Assembly (NCBI GenBank): GCA_964518755.1
Contig: CAZFHH010000003.1
Coordinates: 1 to 55,879 of the forward strand
DNA length: 55,879 bases
Direction of reading: 5' to 3'
DNA from: an uncultured Candidatus Saccharibacteria bacterium
GTDB taxonomy: Bacteria; Patescibacteriota; Minisyncoccia; Phycocordibacterales; Phycocordibacteraceae
Shown here in pieces: positions 42,850 through 52,253 of this stretch (its first letter is position 1; the number at the start of each line of letters is the position of its first letter). Made by a program: the position numbers and the translations under genes. A model generated the notes under the pieces. It saw only the letters and a program-made list of their open reading frames with translations, ran no database searches and was not told the origin of the DNA.

Positions 42850-44057
42850 ATACCGGATATGAGGGAATAGATATTTTTCCCATTCACAATGGATTCGTAT
42901 GCGATAAGGTAACTTGCAGCAGAAAAACCAAGGGGGGTTGTTCCCATTGCCTCAAACGTTGTGCCATGATAATACTCCGGGAAAATATATTCATCGCGCG
43001 CAAGCACTTTTGCAAACTCATCAAGAGCAACCAGTCCGTCTTCTTTTGAAAATGATGAAATGAAAAAACCATGGACAAGCGGCCAGAGCCCCCCGTTGTG
43101 ATATTGATTTGGTTTATTGCGGAATTCATATAGGAAATTCAAATTAAGGTGCGCCCATTCAATATCTTTTGGTGTAATAACAGGATGAAATGCAGGCAAT
43201 ATGGGAAATGAGTTATGTTTTATATTTGCTCGCACATATTCGCGTATTGTGTCGCGCTGTTGTTGCTCTACAATATCGCACGAAAGCAAAAGAGAAATGG
43301 CAAAGGTGTCAGTATTAAAGCGAATGCTATGGTTGGTGAAATATGATGCGGGAAGGGGAGTCGTACGTTGTTTTATGGCATATTCATACAGAGCTTTGTG
43401 ATATACGAGTGGACTGCCTAGGTGCTTTTCAGCGGGAAAATAATTTATGGCAATAAGTTCGCTCAAGCGATTTTTTTGTGCGATTGTTTTTTGATCGTTG
43501 GTGTGCTGTGCGTATGCGGAAAGTGCAAAATAATACAATACCTCATCAAACAGAATGTATCCGTGGTTGATATATTCATCCGCCCAATCACCGCCTTGCG
43601 GAATATAAAGTAATCCGCGTCCGTTCAATTCCAGACACCTCAAATAAAATAATGCACGGTCAACCGATTGTTTTCGTTCTTCAAAGAAGGGGGTATCGTT
43701 CGTTAATTTTGCAAATGCCATGATACCGATGACATACCATATGGTTGCATCAACTCTTCCCACCGTTGTGCCGTAACTCACATGTCCTTTGCGTGGAGTA
43801 ACATTACTTGGGATTCTCCCGGTCTCATCTTGCTCTGTGCGAAGCAGGTCAAGTGTCTTTTTGAATGTGGCGATGAGCTCTTCATCGCCTACGAGCAACG
43901 ATGCGATACCGGCGACCACTCCATCTCGCGACCATATGCGCTCATAATTTTCCACGTCTTCTTTTGCCGCGAGAAATCCCACATCTGTTATAAGCTCATG
44001 CAAAAGAGAGATGCTTTTTTGACGAGCTTCTTGGCGTGTGATTATTTCGGGCGTCAT
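42846..44057 (-). CDS. (alpha/alpha)6-barrel glycoside hydrolase, GH100 neutral/alkaline-invertase-like (or GDE_C-like)
   Basis: WSRDGVVAGIASLL, GRVDATIWYVIGIMAFAK, GGDWADEY, QYHNGGLWPLVHGF. Confidence 0.55.
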   Translation of the reverse strand: MTPEIITRQEARQKSISLLHELITDVGFLAAKEDVENYERIWSRDGVVAGIASLLVGDEELIATFKKTLDLLRTEQDETGRIPSNVTPRKGHVSYGTTVGRVDATIWYVIGIMAFAKLTNDTPFFEERKQSVDRALFYLRCLELNGRGLLYIPQGGDWADEYINHGYILFDEVLYYFALSAYAQHTNDQKTIAQKNRLSELIAINYFPAEKHLGSPLVYHKALYEYAIKQRTTPLPASYFTNHSIRFNTDTFAISLLLSCDIVEQQQRDTIREYVRANIKHNSFPILPAFHPVITPKDIEWAHLNLNFLYEFRNKPNQYHNGGLWPLVHGFFISSFSKEDGLVALDEFAKVLARDEYIFPEYYHGTTFEAMGTTPLGFSAASYLIAYESIVNGKNIYSLISGI

Positions 44058-45016
44058 GATGCTGTTGTCGCGTGAGTGGCAATCCAGTGATAAGAATCTT
44101 CAAGCGCTTTTATGGCGTCGCCCACAGCGATATTATTTTGATGATACAACTCATCGGTACAGTCGCCTGCCGCCCACACGCCTTCAACCGAGGTGCGTTG
44201 TGTCTTCGGCTCAATGACAATACTGTTTATACTGTTTAGAGTAACAAGGTTGCGCGCAAAATCAGTATTTGGAATTGCTCCTATTTCCACAAACACGCCG
44301 GATACGGCGATTTCTTGAGTATCGCCCGTATCACGATTGCGTACGGTGATGCTTTCTACGAAAGCATCACCCTGTATGGAGATGGGCTCAACGTTTGTAA
44401 CCGTGCGCATATTTGGGTGTTTGAGTATTTGTTCAACTGTAACCGGGTCTGCTTTGAAACTTTCTCGTCGGTGAATGAGTGTGACGGATTTCGCATATGC
44501 GAGAAGTTGCGCCGCGGTTTCAAATCCGGCATTCCCGCCCCCGACAACAGCAACATCCATTCCCGAGAACAAAGGTCCGTCACAAGAAGCGCAATATGTA
44601 ACGCCCTTGTGTTCAAATTTTTCGGCACCTGGCACATCAAGCTTTCGGCGCGATGATCCCGAAGCGATAATCACGGCACGTGCCGAGTATACCTTCCCGG
44701 ATGATGTTGCTGCTTGGAATAGGGAACCGCTGCGCGTAAGCGAGACCACTTTCTCTCCTTCGTATAAATCCACAACGTCATCTTTGTATGCTTCCATGTG
44801 CGTGCGCAGCGTTTTTGTTAAATCCTCACCTGAAATTTTTATTGTGCCAATCCAATTCTCTATACAATCAGAAACAATGCTCTGTCCTCCCACTTCAGAA
44901 GCCAAAATCGCAGTCTTTAATTTTTTACGAGCCGCATAAATACTCGCACTAAATCCTGCCGGACCACCCCCTATAATGATGAGGTCGTATTGATTGTCGT
45001 TTTTGCTGTTTTCCAT
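44054..45016 (-). CDS. trxB: Thioredoxin-disulfide reductase
   Basis: YDLIIIGGGPAGFSASIYAAR, redox-active CASCDG, VVGGGNAGFETA, GVWAAGDC. Confidence 0.9.
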   Translation of the reverse strand: MENSKNDNQYDLIIIGGGPAGFSASIYAARKKLKTAILASEVGGQSIVSDCIENWIGTIKISGEDLTKTLRTHMEAYKDDVVDLYEGEKVVSLTRSGSLFQAATSSGKVYSARAVIIASGSSRRKLDVPGAEKFEHKGVTYCASCDGPLFSGMDVAVVGGGNAGFETAAQLLAYAKSVTLIHRRESFKADPVTVEQILKHPNMRTVTNVEPISIQGDAFVESITVRNRDTGDTQEIAVSGVFVEIGAIPNTDFARNLVTLNSINSIVIEPKTQRTSVEGVWAAGDCTDELYHQNNIAVGDAIKALEDSYHWIATHATTAS

Positions 45017-45082
45017 AGTAAATATATTCTATATGTTTGTTTATATAATTTTAACGCATGGTGCGGGGATACACAAGATGCG

Positions 45083-45125
45083 AAAAACACAGGGATTTCC
45101 ATGAAATGGAAATCCCTGTGTTTTT
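45083..45125 (-). terminator. Terminator hairpin after ftsZ, 20-bp stem flanked by A/T runs
   Basis: AAAAACACAGGGATTTCCAT-gaa-ATGGAAATCCCTGTGTTTTT. Confidence 0.8.
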
Positions 45126-45149
45126 AGTGGTTACGAAAACAGTGAGCCC

Positions 45150-46409
45150 TTATTTTTTGTGTCTCCTTAAAAATTGCGGAATTGCTCCCCACGCTTCTTC
45201 GTCATCCTCTGTTGAGGTCTTGGTTTTTAGGTCAGGAGCTACAGGGGTTTTCTCGGTCTTTTTTGGAACAATGGTTACCACGGGCTCAGCCTTCTCTTCT
45301 TTTTTCGGTTTCGTATCAGCAGGAGGCGTTTCTTCTTTTTCGTGTTTCAGAACATCATTATAAATTTTCCCGCGCTCTTCTTGTTGCTTTTCCGGAGGAA
45401 GAGAGAACAGTGAGCGCCCGGCACTTGTCGTACCATCAAACTCAAGTGCGCCCTCGGGGAAACCGGTCGCGATAACAATGATGCGAATTTGTCCTTTCTT
45501 CATTTTTTCATCTCGCATCATGCCGAAGATGATCCTGGCGTCTTTGTCTGTAGATTCATTTATTACTTTTGCAGCTTCTTGTATTTCAAGAATGCCCAAA
45601 TCGTCTGAACCTGCAACTACGAACAAAATACCTTTTGCTCCATTTATGGAAACGCTCAGCAGTGGGGAATTAACCGCGCGCGTTGCCGCTTCTGTTGCGC
45701 GCCCATCATTTTCCGCTATACCGATACCCATAAGTGCCGGTCCCGCATTTTCCATAATGCTTCTTATGTCATTAAAGTCGGTATTTATATCACCCGGGGT
45801 GGTAATAATATCAGAAACGCCCTCAACTGCCTGGCGCAACACTTCATCACACATCGCAAACGCGCTTTTTGCACTCGTTTGCTGATCAACAATACTTAAA
45901 ATTTTATCATTCGGAATGACAATGAATGCATCAACTTCTTTTTTAAGATCCATTAGTCCTTCGTCTGCAAGTCGTGAGCGCTGGGCTCCTTCAAATGAAA
46001 ACGGTCTTGTGACTACAGCAATGGTAAGCGCCCCAAGTTCTTTTGCAATCTTTGCAATTGTAGGCGCGGCTCCGGTGCCTGTACCTCCTCCCATGCCACA
46101 TGTCACAAAAACCATGTCTGATCCCTGTAGCGCTTCTTGTATCTCTTGTCTTGTTTCTTCAGCGGCACGACGTCCTAGGTCCGGGTTCATTCCGGTGCCA
46201 AGCCCACGTGTCAGGTTTTTCCCGATGTGGATTTTTCGCTTTGCCAGAGAACCGTGCAAATCTTGCGCGTCGGAGTTAATGGCAATAAACTCAACTCCTT
46301 TCACCTTTGAACTTACCATATGGTTTATGGCATTGACGCCAGAGCCACCTATGCCGACAACTCTAATGCGTGCAAATGTTTCAATTTCGGGTGTTATACG
46401 TTTAGACAT
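45150..46409 (-). CDS. ftsZ: Cell division protein FtsZ
   Basis: IRVVGIGGSGVNAINHM, GGGTGTGAAP, NDKIL, and a long acidic/basic C-terminal tail. Confidence 0.95.
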   Translation of the reverse strand: MSKRITPEIETFARIRVVGIGGSGVNAINHMVSSKVKGVEFIAINSDAQDLHGSLAKRKIHIGKNLTRGLGTGMNPDLGRRAAEETRQEIQEALQGSDMVFVTCGMGGGTGTGAAPTIAKIAKELGALTIAVVTRPFSFEGAQRSRLADEGLMDLKKEVDAFIVIPNDKILSIVDQQTSAKSAFAMCDEVLRQAVEGVSDIITTPGDINTDFNDIRSIMENAGPALMGIGIAENDGRATEAATRAVNSPLLSVSINGAKGILFVVAGSDDLGILEIQEAAKVINESTDKDARIIFGMMRDEKMKKGQIRIIVIATGFPEGALEFDGTTSAGRSLFSLPPEKQQEERGKIYNDVLKHEKEETPPADTKPKKEEKAEPVVTIVPKKTEKTPVAPDLKTKTSTEDDEEAWGAIPQFLRRHKK

Positions 46410-46494
46410 ATTTTTTATATTTAGGCATGTTCTTTATCATACCAGAATTTATTATAATGCAAATATTGACATACTTTATAATCATTTCATAAAA

Positions 46495-47670
46495 TCAGGG
46501 CAAGAAATTATGAAAAAATTTCTTTACGGATGTTTTTGCTTTCGCAAAAACATTTTTTCCGTTTGTTTCCGTGTCGCCGGTGAGTCCCCAGAACGCGGTT
46601 CCGTATGCAACCGCCCAAGTGCTGTCACGAAACTTTGCATTTGAGGTGTCTCCGGTAATATACACATCGGTTACTCTTGAGGGAAGGGATAGAATTCGTT
46701 TTGCCGTTTCCACAACGGAGGTGTTGCCAGCACCCCCTCCGGTTATGATGGCGCCTGCCGGCAGCAGTCCGCGAAGCCGTATTGATTTAAGATGTTTTGC
46801 AACTGCGCTGAACAGGGCACTTGTTCGGCGAGTAATGATGGCGTCCATTTTCTTTCCCGAATACATGGCGCCACCAAGACGTCCGCGCTTTATTCGCTCC
46901 GCATCTTCCATGGATATTTTAAATGCAAGCGCCAAATCATCGGTGATGGAACTACTGCCACCTTCAAGTACCGCTACGGAAATTGGGATGCCCTCATCAT
47001 ATACCACAAGAGAAACCGTTTCAGCGCCTATGTCAGTGAGTACACACCCTTTCATTTTTTGGTCGCGAGTGAGTACCACATTACTCTCGGCAATTGCCGA
47101 GGCGGTGTAGTCGGTTACTTCAATATCCGCATTTTCTGCAACCTGTATAAGCGCGTCCACGTGTGATTGCAAACATGTGACAAAAAGATACATTATTTCC
47201 AGACGAGTTCCTTTCATTCCGGTGGGCCTGTTGTATACGCGCATACTGTCTACACGATACTCAAGAGGTATCTCATGCAGTATTTTATAGTTTAACAACG
47301 TCTCGCCGGTGGCCTCATATGCTTTCCCAAGCGCGATGCTTATGTCATTTTCCGTTATCTCTTGGTCTGCGCGTGAAATAATCGCTTCACCGGTTACACG
47401 CACCTCTTTCATTGAGATACTGCCTATGGAAAGGAAAGCGCTTGATATGGTGATACCTGAGATTGATTCGGCGGCACGTTTCGCCACTTTCAAACTTTCA
47501 ACCACTTCGTTTTTATTAACAACATATCCGCGATGCATGCCTTGCGTCGGTGCGCTTCCGGTTCCTATAACGCGCAATGAGCGACTTCCTTTTTCTTCCA
47601 CTTCTTCAACCATCACTATTTTTACGTAGTAGGTGCCGATATCTATTCCTGTAGCGATGCGTCTTTTCAT
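46495..47670 (-). CDS. ftsA: Cell division protein FtsA (actin-like ATPase)
   Basis: GIDIGTYYVKIVMVE, TDIGAETVSLVVY, ITGGGAG. Lies immediately upstream of ftsZ. Confidence 0.88.
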   Translation of the reverse strand: MKRRIATGIDIGTYYVKIVMVEEVEEKGSRSLRVIGTGSAPTQGMHRGYVVNKNEVVESLKVAKRAAESISGITISSAFLSIGSISMKEVRVTGEAIISRADQEITENDISIALGKAYEATGETLLNYKILHEIPLEYRVDSMRVYNRPTGMKGTRLEIMYLFVTCLQSHVDALIQVAENADIEVTDYTASAIAESNVVLTRDQKMKGCVLTDIGAETVSLVVYDEGIPISVAVLEGGSSSITDDLALAFKISMEDAERIKRGRLGGAMYSGKKMDAIITRRTSALFSAVAKHLKSIRLRGLLPAGAIITGGGAGNTSVVETAKRILSLPSRVTDVYITGDTSNAKFRDSTWAVAYGTAFWGLTGDTETNGKNVFAKAKTSVKKFFHNFLP

Positions 47671-47699
47671 ATTAATTTAGTGGTGAGCGAGTGCCGTGT

Positions 47700-48080
47700 T
47701 TAAGATTTTGCGAAGCGCGCAAGTAATGTATGCTCATATTGTTCCATTGTAGTGCCATGTTGGTATCCTTTCAAATGGAGTAATGCGTGGATAAATAAAA
47801 ATAGTATAAACGAGCTTTCCGTTTGGGAGAATTTTTTTGCTTCTTTTTTCGCTTGGACGGGGCAAATTAACACTTCGCCGGTATTTTTGCCTACGGTGTA
47901 AGAAAGAACATTCGGTATGTAATTTTTATTTCGTGTGGAGATGTTTATGTTGCGCGCACGTGTTGCTCCGACAAACACAAGTGAGATTTCCCAACCGGGC
48001 GCTATCGCTTGCGCGACGCGCTCAAACGGTATGCGAAATACTAAACGGCGGGTGAGATTGCGGACCGCCACTATTTTCAT
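47700..48080 (-). CDS. ybeY: rRNA maturation endoribonuclease YbeY
   Basis: HALLHLKGYQHG (the H..LH..GY.H zinc motif), 126 aa. Confidence 0.85.
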   Translation of the reverse strand: MKIVAVRNLTRRLVFRIPFERVAQAIAPGWEISLVFVGATRARNINISTRNKNYIPNVLSYTVGKNTGEVLICPVQAKKEAKKFSQTESSFILFLFIHALLHLKGYQHGTTMEQYEHTLLARFAKS

Positions 48081-48084
48081 AAAA

Positions 48085-48345
48085 CTATTTTCTGCGACGA
48101 CGTGTGGTGTCAGACAAATCTATCTTTCCCAATTTAACCAATGTGTTAAATTGTTCGCGTCGTACAAGTGCCGATAATGCATGTCTGCGTTCAACATTCT
48201 TTGATTTTGAACGAACATAATACCTGTGTGTTCTAACTTTACGTACCAATTGCAATTCTTTTGACTGCCGAGAGAAGCGACGTAGAGTTGCTTTCTGGTT
48301 TTCGTTTTTGCTTCGCTGTATGTCCACTTGTATTGCTCTTTTCAT
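48085..48345 (-). CDS. rpsU: 30S ribosomal protein bS21
   Basis: ATLRRFSRQSKE..VRKVRTHRYYVRSKSKNVERR; basic, 86 aa; classic rpsU-ybeY neighbourhood. Confidence 0.7.
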   Translation of the reverse strand: MKRAIQVDIQRSKNENQKATLRRFSRQSKELQLVRKVRTHRYYVRSKSKNVERRHALSALVRREQFNTLVKLGKIDLSDTTRRRRK

Positions 48346-48386
48346 ATATAATTAGAGGATAACATATTTTAAGTACGTATGTCCAG

Positions 48387-48424
48387 CGCCCCGCACGCCG
48401 AAGGCCTCTTCGGCGCGCGGGGCG
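48387..48424 (-). terminator. GC-rich hairpin after the HisRS-like gene (17-bp stem, one mismatch)
   Basis: CGCCCCGCACGCCGAAG-gcct-CTTCGGCGCGCGGGGCG. Confidence 0.6.
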
Positions 48425-48433
48425 GTTCGCACG

Positions 48434-49582
48434 CTATGCCATTTCTTTTATTGTCTGAACGAGTGATTCCAGTGGAAGTATGGTTTCCGTATAGGAAGAG
48501 CACCGTCGTAAAATGACGGTTTCTTCAAGCGCCTCTTTGCGGCCCATGATAATAAGATATTCCGGGCGAAGAGTTTCGGAGATACGTATTTGTTCAGTCA
48601 AAGATTCAACCCCTATCATTTGCAAAAGAGGGAGGTGTGCTTTCTGAAATTCTTGTGCGAGCATAATACTGATACGCTTCGCTTCAATACCAATATGAAT
48701 AAATACAAAAACGGGGTGTTTACGTTTTCGTTTTGCTACCACAAGAACCGGTTTTACATACAAGCGCATAATCATCACTGCGCTTGGAAGTGGCGTATCA
48801 AAAAATGATTTGGTGATGTTTTCATATCGCGACCCCCATGCTACTCGCTCATCATCCGTTTGTATTTCAAAACAGGTTTCAGACCACGCGTTCCCGCGAG
48901 TGATAAGTTCCGGAGCAAGTGTATATGGAAGTTTCGTTTCTTCCAGCAACTCAATGAGGTTTTCAAGATGTCTTCTGCTTGCTTCTGACAGCACATTAAC
49001 AGACTGAGGCATTGTATCTGTACAATGACGAGCGACAAGCGCCTCCGCACCTGAAAACACATCATTTTTAGCCTGTGATATGCACTCTTCAGGTATCTCC
49101 TCATCGTTTTTTTGGAAATACTGTTCCAGCTCTCGCGTAAAACGCGCGCGTGTTTCTTTATCTCCGATGCTGTTAAGACGAACAGTAGGCTCTGATTTGT
49201 ATAGATCGCGCACAAGTGTGCTTGTCGCATGAAGAAGCACGGCTTCGGCAATAACGTGAGGAACACCTATTGCGTGGAATTGTATGAAAGATTGTCTCGG
49301 GGCGACACGTCCGGGGGTAATGTTTGTGTGCCATACAAACATCGGTTGTTGAACCGAGGGCTTTAGCCCGGCATCGTGCACTCGTTTCAAAAATGAAACG
49401 GTGAGTTGCGCCATGGGGTCCAAATTTTCTTTGGCGAGTTCGCTTGGGCACGGTTCTCGTTTTATGTGTGTTCCTTGTTTGGCTTGAGTAAGTGCTGAGA
49501 ACGGAAGAAACCCGTAATAATCGGCGACATTGTGCACGTGACGCAAAATATCTTTCGGGTGGTATTCTGTTCGTTTGTTCAT
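48434..49582 (-). CDS. Histidyl-tRNA synthetase-like protein with a degenerate catalytic core and an intact anticodon-binding-like domain
   Basis: HisRS landmarks are present: PMF..., RLNSIG, WGSRYEN in place of GGRYD, and a C-terminal VFVFIHIG..YLIIMGRKE domain. The motif-2 FRHE..RQFHQ.G.E reads FVWHTN..RQSFIQFHAIG. Confidence 0.6.
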   Translation of the reverse strand: MNKRTEYHPKDILRHVHNVADYYGFLPFSALTQAKQGTHIKREPCPSELAKENLDPMAQLTVSFLKRVHDAGLKPSVQQPMFVWHTNITPGRVAPRQSFIQFHAIGVPHVIAEAVLLHATSTLVRDLYKSEPTVRLNSIGDKETRARFTRELEQYFQKNDEEIPEECISQAKNDVFSGAEALVARHCTDTMPQSVNVLSEASRRHLENLIELLEETKLPYTLAPELITRGNAWSETCFEIQTDDERVAWGSRYENITKSFFDTPLPSAVMIMRLYVKPVLVVAKRKRKHPVFVFIHIGIEAKRISIMLAQEFQKAHLPLLQMIGVESLTEQIRISETLRPEYLIIMGRKEALEETVILRRCSSYTETILPLESLVQTIKEMA

Positions 49583-50166
49583 AAGGATGCTCCTGGTGAT
49601 GTGCTTGAGGATACGATTGGTGGGAAATGATGTACGCCGGGGAATGTGCTGACCTCATTAAATGGTGCAAGACGAAACAGTACTCGCCCGATGATGTTTC
49701 GTGCGGGCAACGGTCCCCATACGCGCGAATCGGAACTACGCGGACGATTGTCACCCATGACAAAGTATTGCGTATCGGTTAATTTATCAGTCATGTTGTA
49801 GGACTTGTCTCTGGCGGAGATGAATGGCTCATTGAGCGTGCGCGATGCTCCGTTTGGTTCGGTTATGGTTATATTTCCGTTTTTAATTGTAACCGTTTCG
49901 CCGGGAAGACCGATGATTCGTTTGATGTAAAAGATTGACGGGTTTCCGGGATAGCGAAACACGATAATATCTCCGCGCGCCGGCTTTTCAAAGTGGTATG
50001 AGATTTCATCTACGATAAGATAATTGCCATTTTGAAATGTCGGATACATTGACTCGCCGTCAACTATAAATGGTTGCGCTATGAAGATGCGAATTGGAGC
50101 AACCACAAGCACAATGAGCAAAATGAGAGTGATTATATCGCGCAAGAGGCTCCCTTTTTTTTCCAT
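49579..50166 (-). CDS. lepB: Signal peptidase I
   Basis: GESMYPTF, RGDIIVF, YIKRIIGLPGE, GDNRPRSSDSR. Confidence 0.9.
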   Translation of the reverse strand: MEKKGSLLRDIITLILLIVLVVAPIRIFIAQPFIVDGESMYPTFQNGNYLIVDEISYHFEKPARGDIIVFRYPGNPSIFYIKRIIGLPGETVTIKNGNITITEPNGASRTLNEPFISARDKSYNMTDKLTDTQYFVMGDNRPRSSDSRVWGPLPARNIIGRVLFRLAPFNEVSTFPGVHHFPPIVSSSTSPGASL

Positions 50167-50290
50167 GTACTCTTATTGTATGCTCACTTTTTTATACGTC
50201 AAACTTTCAGTGTAATTCCATTATGAAATGTGTTTGTTTGTGTCTTCTCGTGTGGTGATGTGATGTGTGAGATGGTACACTTGTGAGCAT

Positions 50291-50887
50291 ATGACGATTG
50301 TTATTGTTGGTCTTGGAAATCCTGGAGGGCAATACGAAAATTCGCGACATAATATCGGAAGGGATGTGGCAAAAAAGTTTGCGAGTTTGGAAAAGTGTGC
50401 GGATTTTAAGTATCAGAAAAAATCTGATGCACAAATTTCCACAGGCACGTTGCAAAACGTGCCGGTAAAGATAGTTCTTCCGGAAACAATGATGAATCGC
50501 TCGGGGAAGTCCGTTATACAGTTTGTGCGTTCTAAAAATTCCGCAAAAGGATTGATTGTGTTGCGCGATGATCTTGATTTGCCCATTGGTACCATCAAAA
50601 TGTCGTTCGGGCGCGGTGCTGGCGGGCACAAAGGTGTTGAAAGTATAATGAGTGCGTTAAAAACAAAAGATTTTGCACAAATAAAAATCGGCATTTCTTC
50701 TGTAACACCAAAAGGGAAGTTGCGGAAGCCACGTGGTGATGAGAAAGTTATCTCACATGTGTTGGGGAAATTTTCTCTAAAAGAGCACCAGTGCCTCATG
50801 CGTGCGCGCAAGCGCACGCATGAGGCACTGGTGCTCTTTGTGTCAGGCGAAATTGAAAAAGCGATGCAAGTTGCAAATTCAAAATAA
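50291..50887 (+). CDS. pth: Peptidyl-tRNA hydrolase
   Basis: IVIVGLGNPGGQYENSRHNIG, TMMNRSGKSV, LRDDLDLPIG, GGHKGVESI. Confidence 0.9.
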   Translation: MTIVIVGLGNPGGQYENSRHNIGRDVAKKFASLEKCADFKYQKKSDAQISTGTLQNVPVKIVLPETMMNRSGKSVIQFVRSKNSAKGLIVLRDDLDLPIGTIKMSFGRGAGGHKGVESIMSALKTKDFAQIKIGISSVTPKGKLRKPRGDEKVISHVLGKFSLKEHQCLMRARKRTHEALVLFVSGEIEKAMQVANSK

Positions 50888-50900
50888 TTTCAAAGTGCAA

Positions 50901-50948
50901 TGGAAAATAACCGGCTTGCCACATATGTGGCAAGCCGGTTATTTTCCA
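50901..50948. terminator. Bidirectional terminator, 24-nt perfect palindrome arms
   Basis: TGGAAAATAACCGGCTTGCCACAT/ATGTGGCAAGCCGGTTATTTTCCA, between pth and rpsA. Confidence 0.75.
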
Positions 50949-50966
50949 TTGCCCCCACTCAATCGC

Positions 50967-52109
50967 TCAATTTATCCTCGTCTTCTTCAAATTTCTTTTG
51001 CTATTAACTGGGGAAAGTGTCATGCGTTGGTCTTTTGGCTCAAACAACATAATCTTAAATGAATACGTATTTCCCAATTCAAGCGTATCACGAAGTTCTT
51101 GAGAGTTTTCAAATTCACTGATGTGTACCAAGCCAGCGACGCCCTCTTCAATTGAGGCGAGTGCACCGTGTTTGTTGTATCTGATAATAACTCCCGATAC
51201 TTCCATTCCTTTCTTGTATTTCTTTCCCGCAACACGCCACGGGTTTTCTTTCAGCGCTTTGATTGAAAGTGAAATCTTTCCGTCTTTTATTTCAATAATT
51301 TTAACTTGTGTCGGGTCTCCAACCTTAAATAGTGTGTGTGGATCCTCAACCAAGCCCCAGTCCATTTCGCTTATGTGGACAAGTCCTTCAAGCCCGGAAT
51401 TGAGTTTTACAAAGACACCGAAGTCAACAATGCTCGTAACTTCTCCGTCAAGAACATCTCCAACGTGATAGGTGTCTGCGAAGGAATTTTTCTCTTCATC
51501 CTCGGCGCTTGTTTTTTCAGAAAAAATAAGTTTTCTTTCTTTCGCATCGGCCGTAATGATGCGAACCGAAAGTTCCTTTCCGACCAATTTTTGCAATTCG
51601 GAAAGAACCTTTTCTTTATCGCCGTCAACTATTTTCGGATAATGATCTCCTGAAAGATGGCTTGCCGGCAAAAATCCGGGCATACCTTGCCATGTCATGG
51701 TAAGTCCGCCTCTGTTTGCTCCCTCAATTTCCAATGTATAGGTTGTCTCAGAAACGATAGCCTGCTCCGCTTCGCTCCAGATTGCCGCCTGGCGCGCTTC
51801 TTTGAGCGACAGTTCAATATAACCATCCATACCGGAAGAGTCCACGACTTTTGCGGTGATGGTATCGCCGATGTTTGCTTTTCGCAACACATCGGCGGCG
51901 TTTAGATATTCACGACCATAAATAATTCCGGTTCCGAAAGGTGGTAGGTCAATATACAATTGTCCGCGCCCCACGGCGACAATCGTTCCTTCTATTAAAT
52001 CATCTTTTTTGGGAGGAGTGGAAAGAGTTTCTATATCAATCCATTGTAATGTGTCCCGTTGTGTATTGGTATCTGACACTTGCGTGTCGGCTTGTTGTTC
52101 TTTTTGCAT
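50967..52109 (-). CDS. rpsA: 30S ribosomal protein S1 (four S1 domains)
   Basis: Repeated G..V.G.V......G.FV.L..G..GL.HISE modules (e.g. GDVLDGEVTSIVDFGVFVKL..GLEGLVHISEM). Confidence 0.85.
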   Translation of the reverse strand: MQKEQQADTQVSDTNTQRDTLQWIDIETLSTPPKKDDLIEGTIVAVGRGQLYIDLPPFGTGIIYGREYLNAADVLRKANIGDTITAKVVDSSGMDGYIELSLKEARQAAIWSEAEQAIVSETTYTLEIEGANRGGLTMTWQGMPGFLPASHLSGDHYPKIVDGDKEKVLSELQKLVGKELSVRIITADAKERKLIFSEKTSAEDEEKNSFADTYHVGDVLDGEVTSIVDFGVFVKLNSGLEGLVHISEMDWGLVEDPHTLFKVGDPTQVKIIEIKDGKISLSIKALKENPWRVAGKKYKKGMEVSGVIIRYNKHGALASIEEGVAGLVHISEFENSQELRDTLELGNTYSFKIMLFEPKDQRMTLSPVNSKRNLKKTRIN

Positions 52110-52141
52110 GTGAATTTTGTAAAGTGTTTTTACAATGGGTA

Positions 52142-52182
52142 CTTATTCGCATATATGCGACATGCGCAAATATGCGAATAAG
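52142..52182. promoter_or_regulatory. Inverted repeat 33-73 nt upstream of rpsA, 13-nt arms and a 15-nt spacer
   Basis: CTTATTCGCATAT-atgcgacatgcgcaa-ATATGCGAATAAG. Confidence 0.35.
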
Positions 52183-52253
52183 GGTTAGCCCACTGCTTCC
52201 TTACGTGTGCTTATTGTAACAGAAAAAAGATTTCTGTAAATATTTTCCGTATC

